54,167 nt of DNA, taken from assembly GCF_006345805.1 (NCBI RefSeq), contig NW_021833811.1, positions 1-54,167 of the forward strand. The letters run 5' to 3'. Source of the DNA: Octopus sinensis. Taxonomy: Eukaryota. A model generated the notes under the pieces. It ran no database searches, was not told where the DNA came from, and worked only from the letters and a program-made list of their open reading frames with translations. Made by a program: the position numbers and the translations under genes. Each line of letters starts with the position of its first letter. Position 1 is the first letter of the stretch. Below, in pieces: positions 24,700 through 37,700 of this stretch.

Positions 24700-25830
24700 T
24701 GTGAAGACTTCTTTGGATATTGAGTAACTTCTGAATTGAATGACCGGTCCAGACGCGTTTTCCACTATTCGAAGCAGTCCTGCAATTCGTGATGTCTTTT
24801 ATCGCCTCCATCGTTTTTTGCTTTTTTTTCTTCAAATCATTCACATTTGCAAAGTGTTTTTCTTTGAGGACTTTTTTCTTTCGGGGTAACAAAAAAATAT
24901 TACAGGGAGCAAGACCGGGGCAACAAGGAGGGTGGGTAATCAGAGTCATGCCATTTTTGGTCAAAAACTGACTCACACTGAAGGCGGTGTCCGAAATTTC
25001 TTTGTCGTGATGAGACCACACCTCTCCACTTCTGCCACGGGTCGGAACGATTTCGTCTCGTCGTGCCTCGCAAACGCTTCAGAACTACCAAGCAAAATGT
25101 CTGGTTAACAGTTTGACTAGGAGGAACAAATACTGTGCGGACAATTCATTTCGCATAAATGAAACAAATCAGCATCGTCTTGAAGTTGGCCTTCACTTGA
25201 CGCACTTTTGTAGGGCGTGGTGATATTTAATGCTTCCATTGACTTGAGTACCCTATCGCTTCCGGGTTGTAGCTATAGCACCAGCTTTCGTCACTAGTGA
25301 TGGCCTTCTTTAAAAAAGTTTCGGATCAACTTCCAACTGTTCTTTCACTTTGCGACACGCATTTAGTCGCGACTGATTTTGATCTTCCGTGAGCAAGTGA
25401 GGCACATATTTTGCTGCAACTCTTTCATTCACAATTCCTCGCTCAAAGCTCATTGGCAGGAGCTCCAAGACACACCAGTTATATCAACACGTTCATCAAT
25501 TGTTCGGCAACGGTCCTCTAAGACCAGTTCATGAATTTTCGTGATGTTTTCATTCGTTCAAGAGGTCGACGGTCGCCACGAACGAGGTTGGTCTTCAAGC
25601 GACAAATGACCGTTCCTAAAGCGTGAAAACCTACTCGCAAAATTGTGTTTTGCTCATGGCAGCGTCCTTGAAAGATGCTTGAAGCATGACAACTGTTTCG
25701 GCCGCCGTTTTCCCCAGCAAAAACCAAAATTTCTCGGAAGCACGATGTCCCTTCGTTTCATCCATCGCAGTCATCGACGAACAAGGGAGAAGTACTGCAA
25801 AATAAAGACGCACCACGTGACAGAACGACT
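24700..25830 (-). mobile_element. Degraded mariner transposase
   Basis: N-terminal HRASEKFWFLLGKTAAETVVMLQ..AMSKTQ and C-terminal HHD..TAFSVSQFLTKN..HPP..LAPC.IFLLP. Confidence 0.88.
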
Positions 25831-27300
25831 TTTGACAACGACGCGAGTCGGCAGGCGGATGCCTGAGGGACGCATCAAGTGGCTTCTAGAGGTAGAAGCT
25901 TAAACTATAGCGGGTGTGTCCCACAGACAACGTTTCCGTTTACCCCTTCGTATTGATGTTCACAAATAGTTATGATGGTGCCACTGTCATGAGCGGAGGA
26001 ATCGCTGGTATTCAAGCGAAATTGCGTAGCTAAGCCCCATTTGCAACTTGTGACAGCTTCCACCAACAGAACCTAGATGTAGATAACTTCATAACAAAAA
26101 TGTAAAGGCTATCGGGGAATTTTTCGTCATACAGCAGCAACTTTACCTGTTTATGGATCGATTCAGAGTGCATCAGTAAAAACAAGTACTTACAGGAAGA
26201 AAAACGAGGATAACCAGCAGAGAAGAAAATCTTCTCCTATATACGATGGGCCAGTCAGCGGGTACTGTGCTATGCTGTTCATTATGAGCTTTCATTTATT
26301 GACATTCTCCCTCATTTCAGTGAGGTTATCAAGTCATGGGAGAGGCAAATTAAAGAGGAATGTTTCTGTAACGTTTGTCTATGAAAGTTTGCGCTCTCGT
26401 CTTCGCTAAACAGGTTTTAATTCAAATCAAGTCTTTAGCAAAAATATTACAAATCTTCACTGCTGTGACTACAGCAACAGAAATGGTATCCAGTTAAACA
26501 TCTTCATGTCAAACGAAACGAAAGTTCTGCAGCCTCCGATTAAGTAATACATCAGTGAAGTTATTAATGTCACCCCCGCTGACTCGGTAGAAACCTAATC
26601 TGCGAGGCAAATCACCACAGCAGGAGGGTCTCATCGGTCAGTGAGAGTGTTGAAAGTCGGCTGAAAATTAATAAAGGAAATGCCATCAATTTTCACAAAT
26701 GAGACCGTCATTCTTATATTGAACCACAATTGCTTAGAGTTCCGACACCAATTTTCGGCATAAAATGGTGATATCATGATAAACCTCTCTTACCTTATTT
26801 CTTTATTGCCCACAAGGGGTCATGATAAACCTCTCTTATCTTACTCGCTAAATTCCCCAGTTTCTGAATATGGTTTGTCTCAAATTCATAGCAAATACAT
26901 TTCAACTGAACTTGGATACCCCTGATATCAGAATGCCACTATGCAAAGCGACTCATCAGGTGGAAGTGACACATTTTGATCTCATTAACCGATTTACTTG
27001 AGATTTTGAATCTCTCTATGGATTCCTCGTTTGAACTGATCGAACTGCTGCAAGAAGATGTAACACTGCCTGTAAGCACACGGCAGGCTATGAATGAATA
27101 CTTTCTCAAGCTGTGGATGATCAAGTCTTATCTGAAAATTTCCGTGGTAGACAATAAACCGGACAATTCATGCCCAAATATAATGAATAAATGGTGTGAT
27201 GAAAACCTGAATCTTGAAGACATCCTCCTTCGTTTTGCGACACAACAACGAAAAGAGAATCACTTTCGAGGAGTTCGTATTTTCATAATTTATAATAGAT
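25830..27300 (+). pseudogene. Degraded hAT transposase (ZMYM1-like type)
   Basis: SYDGATVMSGGIAGIQAKL at ~25968-26027. hAT dimerisation-domain-like TLPVST..FLKL..IKSYL..NLNLEDIL..FATQ in ORF 26976-27302. Many stops in between. Confidence 0.75.
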
Positions 27301-28282
27301 GAGGCTAACTTTTTATCTGTGACATTTCAATCTCATTCAGAAGTTGACTGTAAATAAATTTGATTTATTCAATTAAAATTTTAATTATTATTTATATAAA
27401 ATCTTTGCCCGTAATTTTTTAACTAATACTGACTGTGCGATTGGGTCTCCACTGCCCCAGAACATTAATCCTCTGAAATTCAATCCCTGATACCATTTTC
27501 CCTACAGATATTAACACACAAATCTTCAAACTAAGCATTAACCGTATCGATCTCGCCAATCCATAAAGTCTTGCAAACGCCATGTCTAACGCCATCTCTC
27601 CTCTTCAATAAACTATAAACAAAGAATCCAATATTAATCTAAAGCTAAACAAAAGAAAACAAAAGGAACATTTTTACGACATGTATGGTCAGTATTGCAA
27701 TTTATGTTTTTCACAGCGAAAACTGTTTTAACCTTTCGATAACCTGAAAGAAATCGTGGGTCTACTGAGTTTACGATCAAATTTCTATTAGATTTCGTTT
27801 TCCGTATAATTGATTTCATATTTTGGTTTAACCTATACTTCGTTTAACTTGTACTTCATAAAAGTTTTCGAAGTTACTTTCCTCAATTTGTATTTTTCTT
27901 TTTTTAGTTTGAATAACAAATCCTTTCACTTTTGAAGGGAAATCAATTAAATGCAATTATCTTATCTCATATATTATTTAGATGATGAGTAAGAAGCGTT
28001 ACGTTGAAATCAAATGTTGTCCCGGTTAACTTAGTGTTTCATTCTTTGAAGGTCGATAAAATAACACCCAATTGCTTCATTGGTACTCAGGTAAATCTTA
28101 TAAATCGTCCAATGTGTGAAAGGTTTTCTAAGAGAAGACTAATTTAGAACGAAAAACGTTAGCAATAAAAATAAATTAACAAAAGAATTATCTGAATTAA
28201 ATTGACTTTATTCGCGAAGAAATACACATTTTATCAGATAGAATTATTATTAGCAAACGTGATCCGTTGAAGTCTTGCTCAC

Positions 28283-28518
28283 ATTTCATGGAGAAGTAAA
28301 TAATTTTGGGGTGAATTCCATTAAAGTTCAGATCAGTTTCTTTAGTAGACACTTAGTGTTAGTATATGAAAAGGCGGTACATGTAGAAGATACCATACAT
28401 AAACGTGAACAATCCAAGACCGAGCGGGCATACATTTGAGCCTCGATTACAAGGTTGTGATATGGATTTGGTTTGAAGGAAAAAGTTGAATAAGCTGTCT
28501 GGTCATTAATTTCTTTTT
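28283..28518 (-). CDS. PAN/apple-domain internal exon (phase 1-1), with one apparent 1-nt deletion
   Basis: Acceptor ttttttctattgcAG|AA and donor AAAT|GTGAGC. Translation EKEINDQ..SVLDCSRLCMVSSTCTAFSYTNTKCLL/KETDL..IIYFSMK. Length 236 nt, one short of a multiple of 3. Confidence 0.7.
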
Positions 28519-29055
28519 CTGCAATAGAAAAAATGGAAAGAGGAAACACAATAAATATAAGAGCATAAATGAAATTATTTCTCTTCATTGACAAGGTACA
28601 AGGGAAACGAATAGATAGGGTCTATTAATTCGATAGATCGATGTTATTAATGTTCCGTTTGGACATCTTTAAGTTAGTGTGAACAGGGAGTGAGTTCCTG
28701 AGTGTTGCATAATCTAGAAAGGAAGGATTGGGGATAATAATTGATGGGGGATCTGGCTGGTGAAATAGCATGTATGACAGAAGGAGAAGGGGTATATTGC
28801 TGGTTATCTCAGAGGTAGAGTCGTTCTCGTATTACCAGCGAGATGCATTAAGGTATTTCTGAGCAAGTAAGTAATGAAGCGTGTTGAGATGTTTAATGAC
28901 AGAGATGTTTAATGACAGGATTAATATTAACCCATCTGCCAGATTTTAAATGTACTTGTGTGTTAGTTTTACTACATCTTTTTGCAAGACTATTATTACG
29001 GTGATGAACTTGCATACCAAGTGACCTGATCTGAGATCGTGTGCTAGAACGAAAA

Positions 29056-29245
29056 CAATTGCAGTGTGGAAGGTGTTTATAAGCCATTTAAGAAACACAC
29101 AAAATCCGTTAGATTCACTTCAACATTTAAATTTAATTAGTCAAAATATTTTCGTCGCTTTCCGACCGTGACCTCTTCACTGACAAAATCCCGTGCTGCA
29201 GTGTGTTTCTTAAATGGCTTATAAACACATTCCACGCTGCAATTG
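29056..29245. repeat. Hairpin with 45-bp inverted arms (43/45 identical) and a 100-bp loop
   Basis: 29056-29100 is the reverse complement of 29201-29245 with 2 mismatches. Confidence 0.92.
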
Positions 29246-29529
29246 TATTAATTATTTATTTATTTATTATCTATTTAACTAAAAATTAAGACGCTAAGTA
29301 GAAATAATCATGAAATGAAGAAGAAGAAAGCGATATTTATAAATTTCTTTATTTTTTGCGTTGCGGAAGAAAGAGATATTTAAAATTTTCAGTTTTGTTC
29401 GGCGTGCACTGGAGACAGAAGATCGATGAATTAAAGATCAGGAACAAGACACAGAATCAAAGAACACTAAAAATAAACAACTAAATAAAAATGGTCTTAC
29501 TATTAACGAAATAATAGGAGCCGAAAGCA

Positions 29530-29740
29530 CATCCTACGGAGCTGATGTCCTTCAATGTATATGACTGACTGAAATTATTCCAAAGTTCTGAAATGGAAAA
29601 AGATGATGTAAGAACGCAGAAACTATGATCCACGGATTGTACCGTAATCTTTTCCGGAATACGGACTGTGATCGTAAGAAATACGTGATTTGTGAAAACT
29701 CGCGTAGCGCTGCATTAAAATATTTATAAAGTCCGTCTAT
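29530..29740 (+). pseudogene. Possible degenerate C-type-lectin-domain exon
   Basis: CI*LT (WIGLT-like), DCTVI in a shifted frame, and TDCDRKKYVICE. In-frame stops. Nucleotide homology to minus-strand 10575-10695 and 46260-46380. Confidence 0.4.
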
Positions 29741-29761
29741 GAAATATAATTAGTAATACGA

Positions 29762-29792
<31 letters not shown>

Positions 29793-29805
29793 TGTGTGTG
29801 TGTGT

Positions 29806-29844
<39 letters not shown>

Positions 29845-30662
29845 GTGTGTGTGTGTGTGTGTGTACAACATTTGCCGGCGTTATGGACACACCCTCACAT
29901 AAGACGCAGCCCTATTTTACAAGGATATTTTACGGAAACAGCAAATGCTATACAGGATGTGAAACTCGTATTTCTGGATGTGATGCTTTGTGTTACCGCG
30001 ACAGACCACAAATTGGAAAATAAGGGAAAAAAGACTAAAGAACCAAACACAAATGAATGACCAAGAATGGAACACAACAAGAAGGAGGCGCTGTTGTACA
30101 AGCGATGCCTCCGACATATCATCAGGTCTGATCATTGCAAATGGCTGCCAGGTGGATGAAAGTTTAACATTCCATTCAACTTTCTAGGAGCATTTTTCAT
30201 TTAGATAAAGAAGAAATGTTCATAAAATGTAACCTAGTTCTTTAAATAATGTAATTTATATATCAGATGTTGGGGAACGAGGTAAGTGAGGTGATGACAG
30301 CGTATCGTAATCAATCTTTCGTAAGTTTGTGATAACAGACTGTGATAATTCGGCTTGTGTTCAACATTTTATTATTAGTAACACAATTTACTGTAATGAT
30401 TTGGCTTGTTCTGATTATTCTTTTATGAGCAACAGTTTTTGCGCCAAGAGAACTTCCCAAGTACGCTCGTCCTGCTCCCTAGCCTACGGCGCTCGGCCTC
30501 CCTTCCGTAATGTGGCCACATTAGACGCATTTGATGCATTTAAAAATAAGAAAAGCGCGTCCAATCTGCCGGCAAATACGGTACATACATACATGCATAC
30601 ATACATAATGTTCGTACGTATGCATGCATGTCTTTGAATGTATGTATGTATGTATGTATGTA

Positions 30663-30753
<91 letters not shown>

Positions 30754-30855
30754 CACACACACACACACATACAACAGCTAAAGGTGGTGCCTCAGTATAG
30801 TCTACGTAAACTGTGACTAAAAGTGCAATAAGATGTAAAGCAACTTTGCACTTAC

Positions 30856-31086
30856 CTCTGCTTATTTCAGTGTAAAGTGCACCTGTGCCACACCACACAG
30901 AAGAATCATCATGATTTTTACTTGACAAAATGCATTGTCCGCTACTTATACCGTAGTCAAACGATTGACAATTTGGATTTGCTTCACATCTATAGATACA
31001 CGCCGTGTAACTATGACCAGACGTGTCACTAATATCATTGTTACCAGGGAGAAAAGCGTTGTCAACTACATCCATGGGACATTTTC
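30856..31086 (-). CDS. PAN/apple-domain internal exon (phase 1-1), intact
   Basis: Acceptor ttttcttctttcAG|GA and donor AGAG|GTAAGT. 231 nt, open: [49 protein letters not shown]. Confidence 0.88.
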
Positions 31087-31189
31087 CTGAAAGAAGAAAA
31101 TGGATAAAGGAAGTTTTTCTTATTTTCGTTCTCGTAAGAATGGCGGGTGTGTACGCTTATAGTGGACCATTTTATTATTTTGGATTAAT

Positions 31190-31279
31190 GAATAATAATA
31201 ATAATAATAATAATAAATAGATGAAAAATATATATTAATAATAATATTAATACTAATAATAATAATAATAATAATAATA

Positions 31280-31323
<44 letters not shown>
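31190..31323. repeat. (TAA)n array, left end of the R4 cluster
   Basis: Directly visible. Further (TAA)n tracts at 33401-33462, 34763-34786 and 38617-38688. Confidence 0.95.
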
Positions 31324-31324
<1 letters not shown>

Positions 31325-33399
31325 GATCCTTGAGAACTGTCACAACAAGCGCAGAAATCTCAGCACCGCATGGATTGACTATAAAAAGGCCTTCGACAGT
31401 ATACCGCATCCATGGATCTTGAGATCGCTGGACATCTTCAAAATTTCCCCTGTGATTTCAAACTTCCTGAAGCACAATATGTCTTTGTGGAATACGAATC
31501 TCCACTTATACTACTCTAATGGAGTACTTGCCTCAGAAAATATAAACATCAACTGTGGAATTTTTCAAGGTGACTCACTTTCACCTTTAATATTCTGCAT
31601 AGCCCTAATACCCCTTACAAGTGAATTAAACAGAACAGGGTATGGGTATAAAATTGCCAATAAAAAATTAAGCCATCTATTTTATATGGATGACTTAAAA
31701 CTTTATGGTAAAGACAATAATGAACTTGAAGGCCTATTGCGCACCGTGAAAGCATTCAGCGATGACATCGGGATGGAGTTTGGACTTGAGAAGTGTGCCA
31801 AGGCCACTTTCCAGAAAGGGAAAGTGAAGACCACAAATTCAGTCGTGTTAGATGTTGACACAGTCATAAGAGAGCTTGAGCAAGAACAGACATACAAATA
31901 TTTAGGGATAAATGAAGGCTCTGGTATTCAGCATGCAAGCATGAAAGAGAAAATCAGGAAGGAATGTTATAGGAGAGTTCGTGCAGTCCTGAATTCTGAA
32001 CTAAATGCACGTAACAAGGTGTTAGCTATAAATTCCTTAGCAGTTCCAGTTGTTACTTATAGCTACAATGTGTTGAACTGGAATATGAGTGAAGTAAAGA
32101 ATATAGATAGGAAAATACGCAAGCTGCTGAGTTGTAATAGGATGCACCATCCAAAGGCAGACGTAGATCGCCTTTACCTTCCCAGAGCCAAAGGAGGTCG
32201 AGGCCTGATCCAATTTGAACTAGCTTACAAAACAACCACAATTGGACTGGCCAAATATCTCGAAATATCGAATGACTGGATGCTAAAGCTCGTGGAAAAT
32301 CACGAGAGACGAAAGAAGCTTCATTCTATCATAAAGGAAAACAAAACATTTGCTATTGATCTCGTGCAGGATACCCAAACTGAACAACCCGAGGGAAGTA
32401 CGGCAACTATTGTTGCAAAGAAGGTGAAAATGATGGCAATGAAAAAAGCGCACGAGCAATTGGCTGATAGGTGGGAGGAGAAACCTCTGCACGGCAAATA
32501 TGTGACCCGCAGCAAACAAGCTGATATTGACCAGAAGCAAACCCATCAGTGGCTACGGAGCTCAGGGCTAAAAGCAGAGAGCGAAGGTTTCATCCTGGCT
32601 GCTCAAGATCAAAGCCTATTAACCCGAACTACCAGGCCAATGTGATGAAAAATGGAGCAGACCCAAAATGCCGATTCTGCAACGACATGATTGAAACAGT
32701 GGACCACCTAATCTCTGGATGTAAAGTCTTAGCACCAGTGGAGTATAAATTAAGACATGACAGAGTTGGCCAATATCTCCACTGGCTAATAAGTCGGCAT
32801 TACAATATCAAAACTGCCGACAAGTGGTATAATCACCACCCTGAGGCTGTAACTGAAGGAGAAAATGTAACCATTCTGTGGGACTTTCCAGTACATACAG
32901 ACCGAACCATCAAGGCCAATAAACCAGATATTGTTGTGAAAGACCAAAACAATAAAGTTTGCTTATTGATCGACATGAGCATCCCCTGTGATCATAATAT
33001 CTCAGCGAAAGAGTTTGACAAGCTCAGAAAATATAAGACTTACTCATTGAAATTGAGAAAATGTGGCATCTCAAGGCGGTTACAATACCAGTGATCGTAG
33101 GAGCACTAGGAATGATCAAGAAGGGAACCGAAAATTATATGAGAATGAACCCTGGCTTACCATCCCTGCAAGAAGTGCAAAAGATTGTCTTAACTGGTAC
33201 ATCACACGTATTGAGAAGAGCATTGTCGATGTGAGAACTGTTGCTGCTCATGTATTTTAATTTAACTTTAAAAAAAAATGAACGAACTACTGAGTTTGGT
33301 TTAATGGCCTATCAATATATACTATGAGTTTCTTTGCCCTAGGAGTCGGGAAGACACTCGGCAAGAAATAGAAGCAAGTTTGAAAGAAGAAAAAAAAAA

Positions 33400-33400
<1 letters not shown>
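31324..33400 (+). mobile_element. R4/Dong LINE family R4-C, 5'-truncated copy 1
   Basis: GIFQGDSLSPL, LFYMDDLKLY, CRFC..ETVDHLISGC, RHD, KPDIVV. Same 3' UTR as 14345-15017, ending in poly-A plus (TAA)n. Confidence 0.95.
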
Positions 33401-33463
<63 letters not shown>

Positions 33464-34762
33464 GATAGGAAAATACGCAAGCTGCTGAGTTGTAATAGGA
33501 TGCGCCACCCAAAGCAGACGTAGATCGCCTTTACCTTCCCAGAGACCAAGGAGGTCGAGGCCTGATCCAATTTGAACTAGCTTACAAAACAACCACAATT
33601 GGACTGGCCAAATATCTCGAAATATCGAATGACTGGATGCTAAAGCTCGTGGAAAATCACGAGAGACGAAAGAAGCTTCATTCTATCATAAAGGAAAACA
33701 AAAAATTTGCTATTGATCTCGTGCAGGATACCCAAGATGAACAACTCGAGGGAAGTACGGCAACTATTGTTGCAAAGAAGGTGAAAATGATGGCAGTGAA
33801 AAAGCGCACGAGCAATTGGCTGATAGGTGGGAGGAGAAACCTCTGCACGGCAAATATGTGACCCGCAGCAAACAAGCTGATGTTGACCAGAAGCAAACCA
33901 TCAGTGGCTGCGGAGCTCAGGACTAAAAGCAGAGAGCGAAGGTTTCATCCTGGCTGCTCAAGATCAAAGCCTATTAACCCGGAACTACCAGGCCAATGTG
34001 ATGAAAAATGGAGCAGACCCAAAATGCCGATTCTGCAACGACATGATTGAAACAGTGGACCACCTAATCTCTGGATGTAAAGTCTTAGCACCAGTGGAGT
34101 ATAAATTAAGACATGACAGAGTTGGCCAATATCTCCACTGGCTAATAAGTCGGCATTACAATATCAAAACTGCCGACAAGTGGTATAATCACCACCCTGA
34201 GGCTGTAACTGAAGGAGAAAATGTAACCATTCTGTGGGACTTTCCAGTACATACAGACCGAACCATCACGGCCAATAAACCAGATATTGTTGTGAAAGAC
34301 CAAAACAATAAAGTTTGCTTATTGATCGACATGAGCATCCCCTGTGATCATAATATCTCAGCGAAAGAGTTTGACAAGCTCAGAAAATATAAAGACCTAC
34401 CCATTGAAATTGAGAAAATGTGGCATCTCAAGGCGGTTACAATACCAGTGATCGTAGGAGCACTAGGAATGATCAAGAAGGGAACCGAAAATTATATGAG
34501 AATGATCCCTGGCTTACCATCCCTGCAAGAAGTGCAAAAGATTGTCTTAACTAGTACATCACACGTATTGAGAAGATGTGAGAACTGTTGCTGCTCATGT
34601 ATTTTAATTTAACTTAAAAAAAAAAAAAATTTTTTTAAATGAACGAACTACTGAGTTTGGTTTAATGGCCTACCAATGTATACTATGAGTTTCTTTGCCG
34701 TAGGAGTCGGGAAGACACTCGGCAAGAAATGGAAGCAAATTTGAAAGAAGGAAAAAAAAAAA
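33464..34762 (+). mobile_element. R4/Dong LINE family R4-C, 5'-truncated copy 2
   Basis: Near-identical to 32105-33400, with small indels including a 10-nt deletion at the ORF end. Confidence 0.95.
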
Positions 34763-34786
34763 TAATAATAATAATAATAATAATAA

Positions 34787-37700
34787 GAGAGAACACCGGG
34801 GACGTTTAAGATGTAAGAAGGAAAATACAGAGCTCCGAAATGATGTATTTTGACTCGATATCATCTCCACGCAACACATGTAAACATGCGTAGAACATCA
34901 AGATCATCCCCGACCCTAAACACCATGTACAAAGGAACTACGAAGAAATTAAATGCCACCGATACTATTCAACCCAAGAATAACAATCGAGCGGTACGTA
35001 CATTAAACTTACAACAAAAAATGTACGAAAAACTACACGTGCGAAATAATGTGACAACAGAAATAAACGGACCGGTACCCTACGAAAATGACGACCGTCA
35101 AAATAATGGGCCGGACGTTGTACCTCATGTCCCGCAAATAAAACCCAAAAGACGTAAATGGACACGTGAGGAATACATTTCTATCTTACACGCATACTTC
35201 ACAGCAGTACTCTACCCAAAAAATGAAAATACAACAACACATACATATAAAATATGGAAGGAAAATAATAGAGATATAGACTTGGATACAGCAATGAACC
35301 CTAATAAATTAGCTAACGTACGAAGATACATTCTCAACACAAAAAAAATATCAGAAATAGAAATAGAACACCTAAAAGAAAACATACACCAGGAAAATGT
35401 AGATAGAAGCCACACAACAATGCCCAATAATATAAACACTGAAACTGTAAAACACGAAGACAAACGCAACATTCCCAGAAACACGATGCAAACAACGAAG
35501 GGGAGCCTAATGATTATGATAATATAAAAAATAAAATAATCAAAGAACTGAAAACCACAGAGCTCAAAATGGACCACCGACCATACCTCCCAAGAATCAA
35601 AATAAACAAAATAACAACACCTATTATAAACAGCATAAACCTAGCCGTCACTGAACTGATAGCCACTGAAACAAAAAAAAGTGATATCACTGAGCTAAAT
35701 AACCTAATATACGCAGCAGCCACTGCAGCCACAAAAGAAGCTGGATACTCACCCAAACCCGCCCAAACAGGAGTACCACCACCCAAACAAACCCTGTGGA
35801 TAAATAACATCCAAAGCAAAATAAAAAAAATTAGAAAAGACCTGTCGATTCTTAATGAAATCAGCAAACAATCAACGCTACTGAGCAACAAAAAGAGAAC
35901 AAAAATACTCCGCAAATATAACATCACACAGAAAGATTTGCCTGAAATAAAAGAAAAGCTGAAGCAAGATATCCTTGCCAAAGCACAAAGGATCCGCCGG
36001 TACAAGAAACGCCAACGCTTCTTTGAAGAAAACAAAAAGTTCAACTCCAACCCCCAAAAGTTCTACCAAGAACTGGGCAAAAATAAAATAGAAGTCACTG
36101 CAGCACCAACGGCAGAAGAATTGGAAGAATTCTGGGGAGAAATATGGTCGGCGAACGAACCACCAAAAAAAAGGAGTATCAAAATAACAAACTCGGCATC
36201 TGAACAACTTTGGACCCCCATAACAACTGAAGAGGTCACCCAGGCACTGCAAAGACTAAGCAACTGGAAGTCACCTGGCATGACAAGATCCCCAACTTCT
36301 GGTTGAAATATCTAACAGGAATGCACAAAAAGCTGGCTGAAACTTAAACAACGTACTAGCAGAGCCAGAGACAATGCCTGAATGGCTCACGAAGGGGAAA
36401 ACCATCTTATTCCAAATCAAATGAAACGATAACCAGAAAACTACAGACCAATAACCTGCCTCCCTACTATGTTCAAGGCATTTACTGCAGTGATATCACA
36501 AAGGCTGAACAAGCACCTGGACGAAGACAAACTGTTCCCAGAAGAGCAGAAAGGATGCCGCAAAGGCTTATATGGCTGTAAAGATCAACTAATGATTAAT
36601 AAAGCCATAACTGAAGACAGCCACAGAGAAGAAGAAAGGCCTCAGTATGGCCTGGATTGACTACAAAAAGGCGTTTGATAGCATCCCCCACACATGGATC
36701 CTCGAAACACTAGCCATTACAAAGTAGCACCAACAATCATAAAATTCATAGAGCACTCTATGAATAAATGGCAAACAGTCCTACACCTCCAAACAAAAGA
36801 GGGACTCATGAAAACCAAAGACATCCCCATTAGAAGAGGAATATTCCAGGGAGACACGCTCTCTCCACTCCTTTTCTGCTTGGCACTGTCACCTCTATCT
36901 GATATGCTAAATAGAACTAGATGCGGATATAAATGTTACGGCAAAACGATCAGCCACCTTTTATATATGGATGACCTAAAACTATACGCTGCAAATGACA
37001 AACAGCTGGAACACTATTAAAGACAGTTCATGGATTTACCAAAGAAATAAATATGAAATTTGGATTAGAAAAATGCGCCAAAGTAACCATGAAAAGAGGA
37101 AAACTAGTTAAGAGTAACAACATCACACTAGATAAAACCAATGAAATAAAGAATTAGACCAAAGCCAAACTTACAAATACTTAGGAATCCATGAACTAGA
37201 TAAGACACAACACACACAAAATGAAAGAGAAAATAAAAAAAGAATATTATTAGACGAGTTAGATCAATACTAAACACAGAGCTCAATGCTAAAAACAAGA
37301 TAATAGGTATCAACACTTTAGCTGTCCCGGTTATAAGTTACAGCTACAATATCCTTAACTGGACACGAAATAAACTGACAAAATAGATAGGAAAACAAGA
37401 AAAATAATGACAGGATCTACGATGCCATCACCCAAAATCTGACATAGAAAGACTATATATACAACGTATAGAAGGTGGTAGTAGAGGCCTTATACACCTG
37501 GAAAACTACTATAAAATAACCACCATAGGACTGCAAAAATATCTACTTCAGAAGGAAGGAAAACTGATCCAGATAGCGGCAAAACACGAGCAAAACAAAA
37601 AACTTCTCAGTATTTAAGGAAGCTGACAAATACAAACAAGAAATCATACCACATACATGAAGACAGAAGAAGAAGAAGAAGAAAGAAACAACAAAAGCTA

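Noticed and set aside
24625-24740. Similarity to 50700-50815
   Set aside because: Short and diverged; most simply an old interspersed repeat with no further structure visible.
28519-28594. Signal-peptide-like starts of ORFs 28328-28594 and 44411-44710
   Set aside because: They coincide with intronic polypyrimidine tracts ending in AG immediately before the PAN domains.
30267-30281. 15-nt plus-strand micro-exon candidate (cAG|ATGTTGGGGAACGAG|GTAAGT)
   Set aside because: No supported plus-strand gene to attach it to, and such sites occur by chance.
30329-30637. Cys-rich plus-strand ORF
   Set aside because: No recognisable domain spacing or splice context; it ends in a microsatellite.
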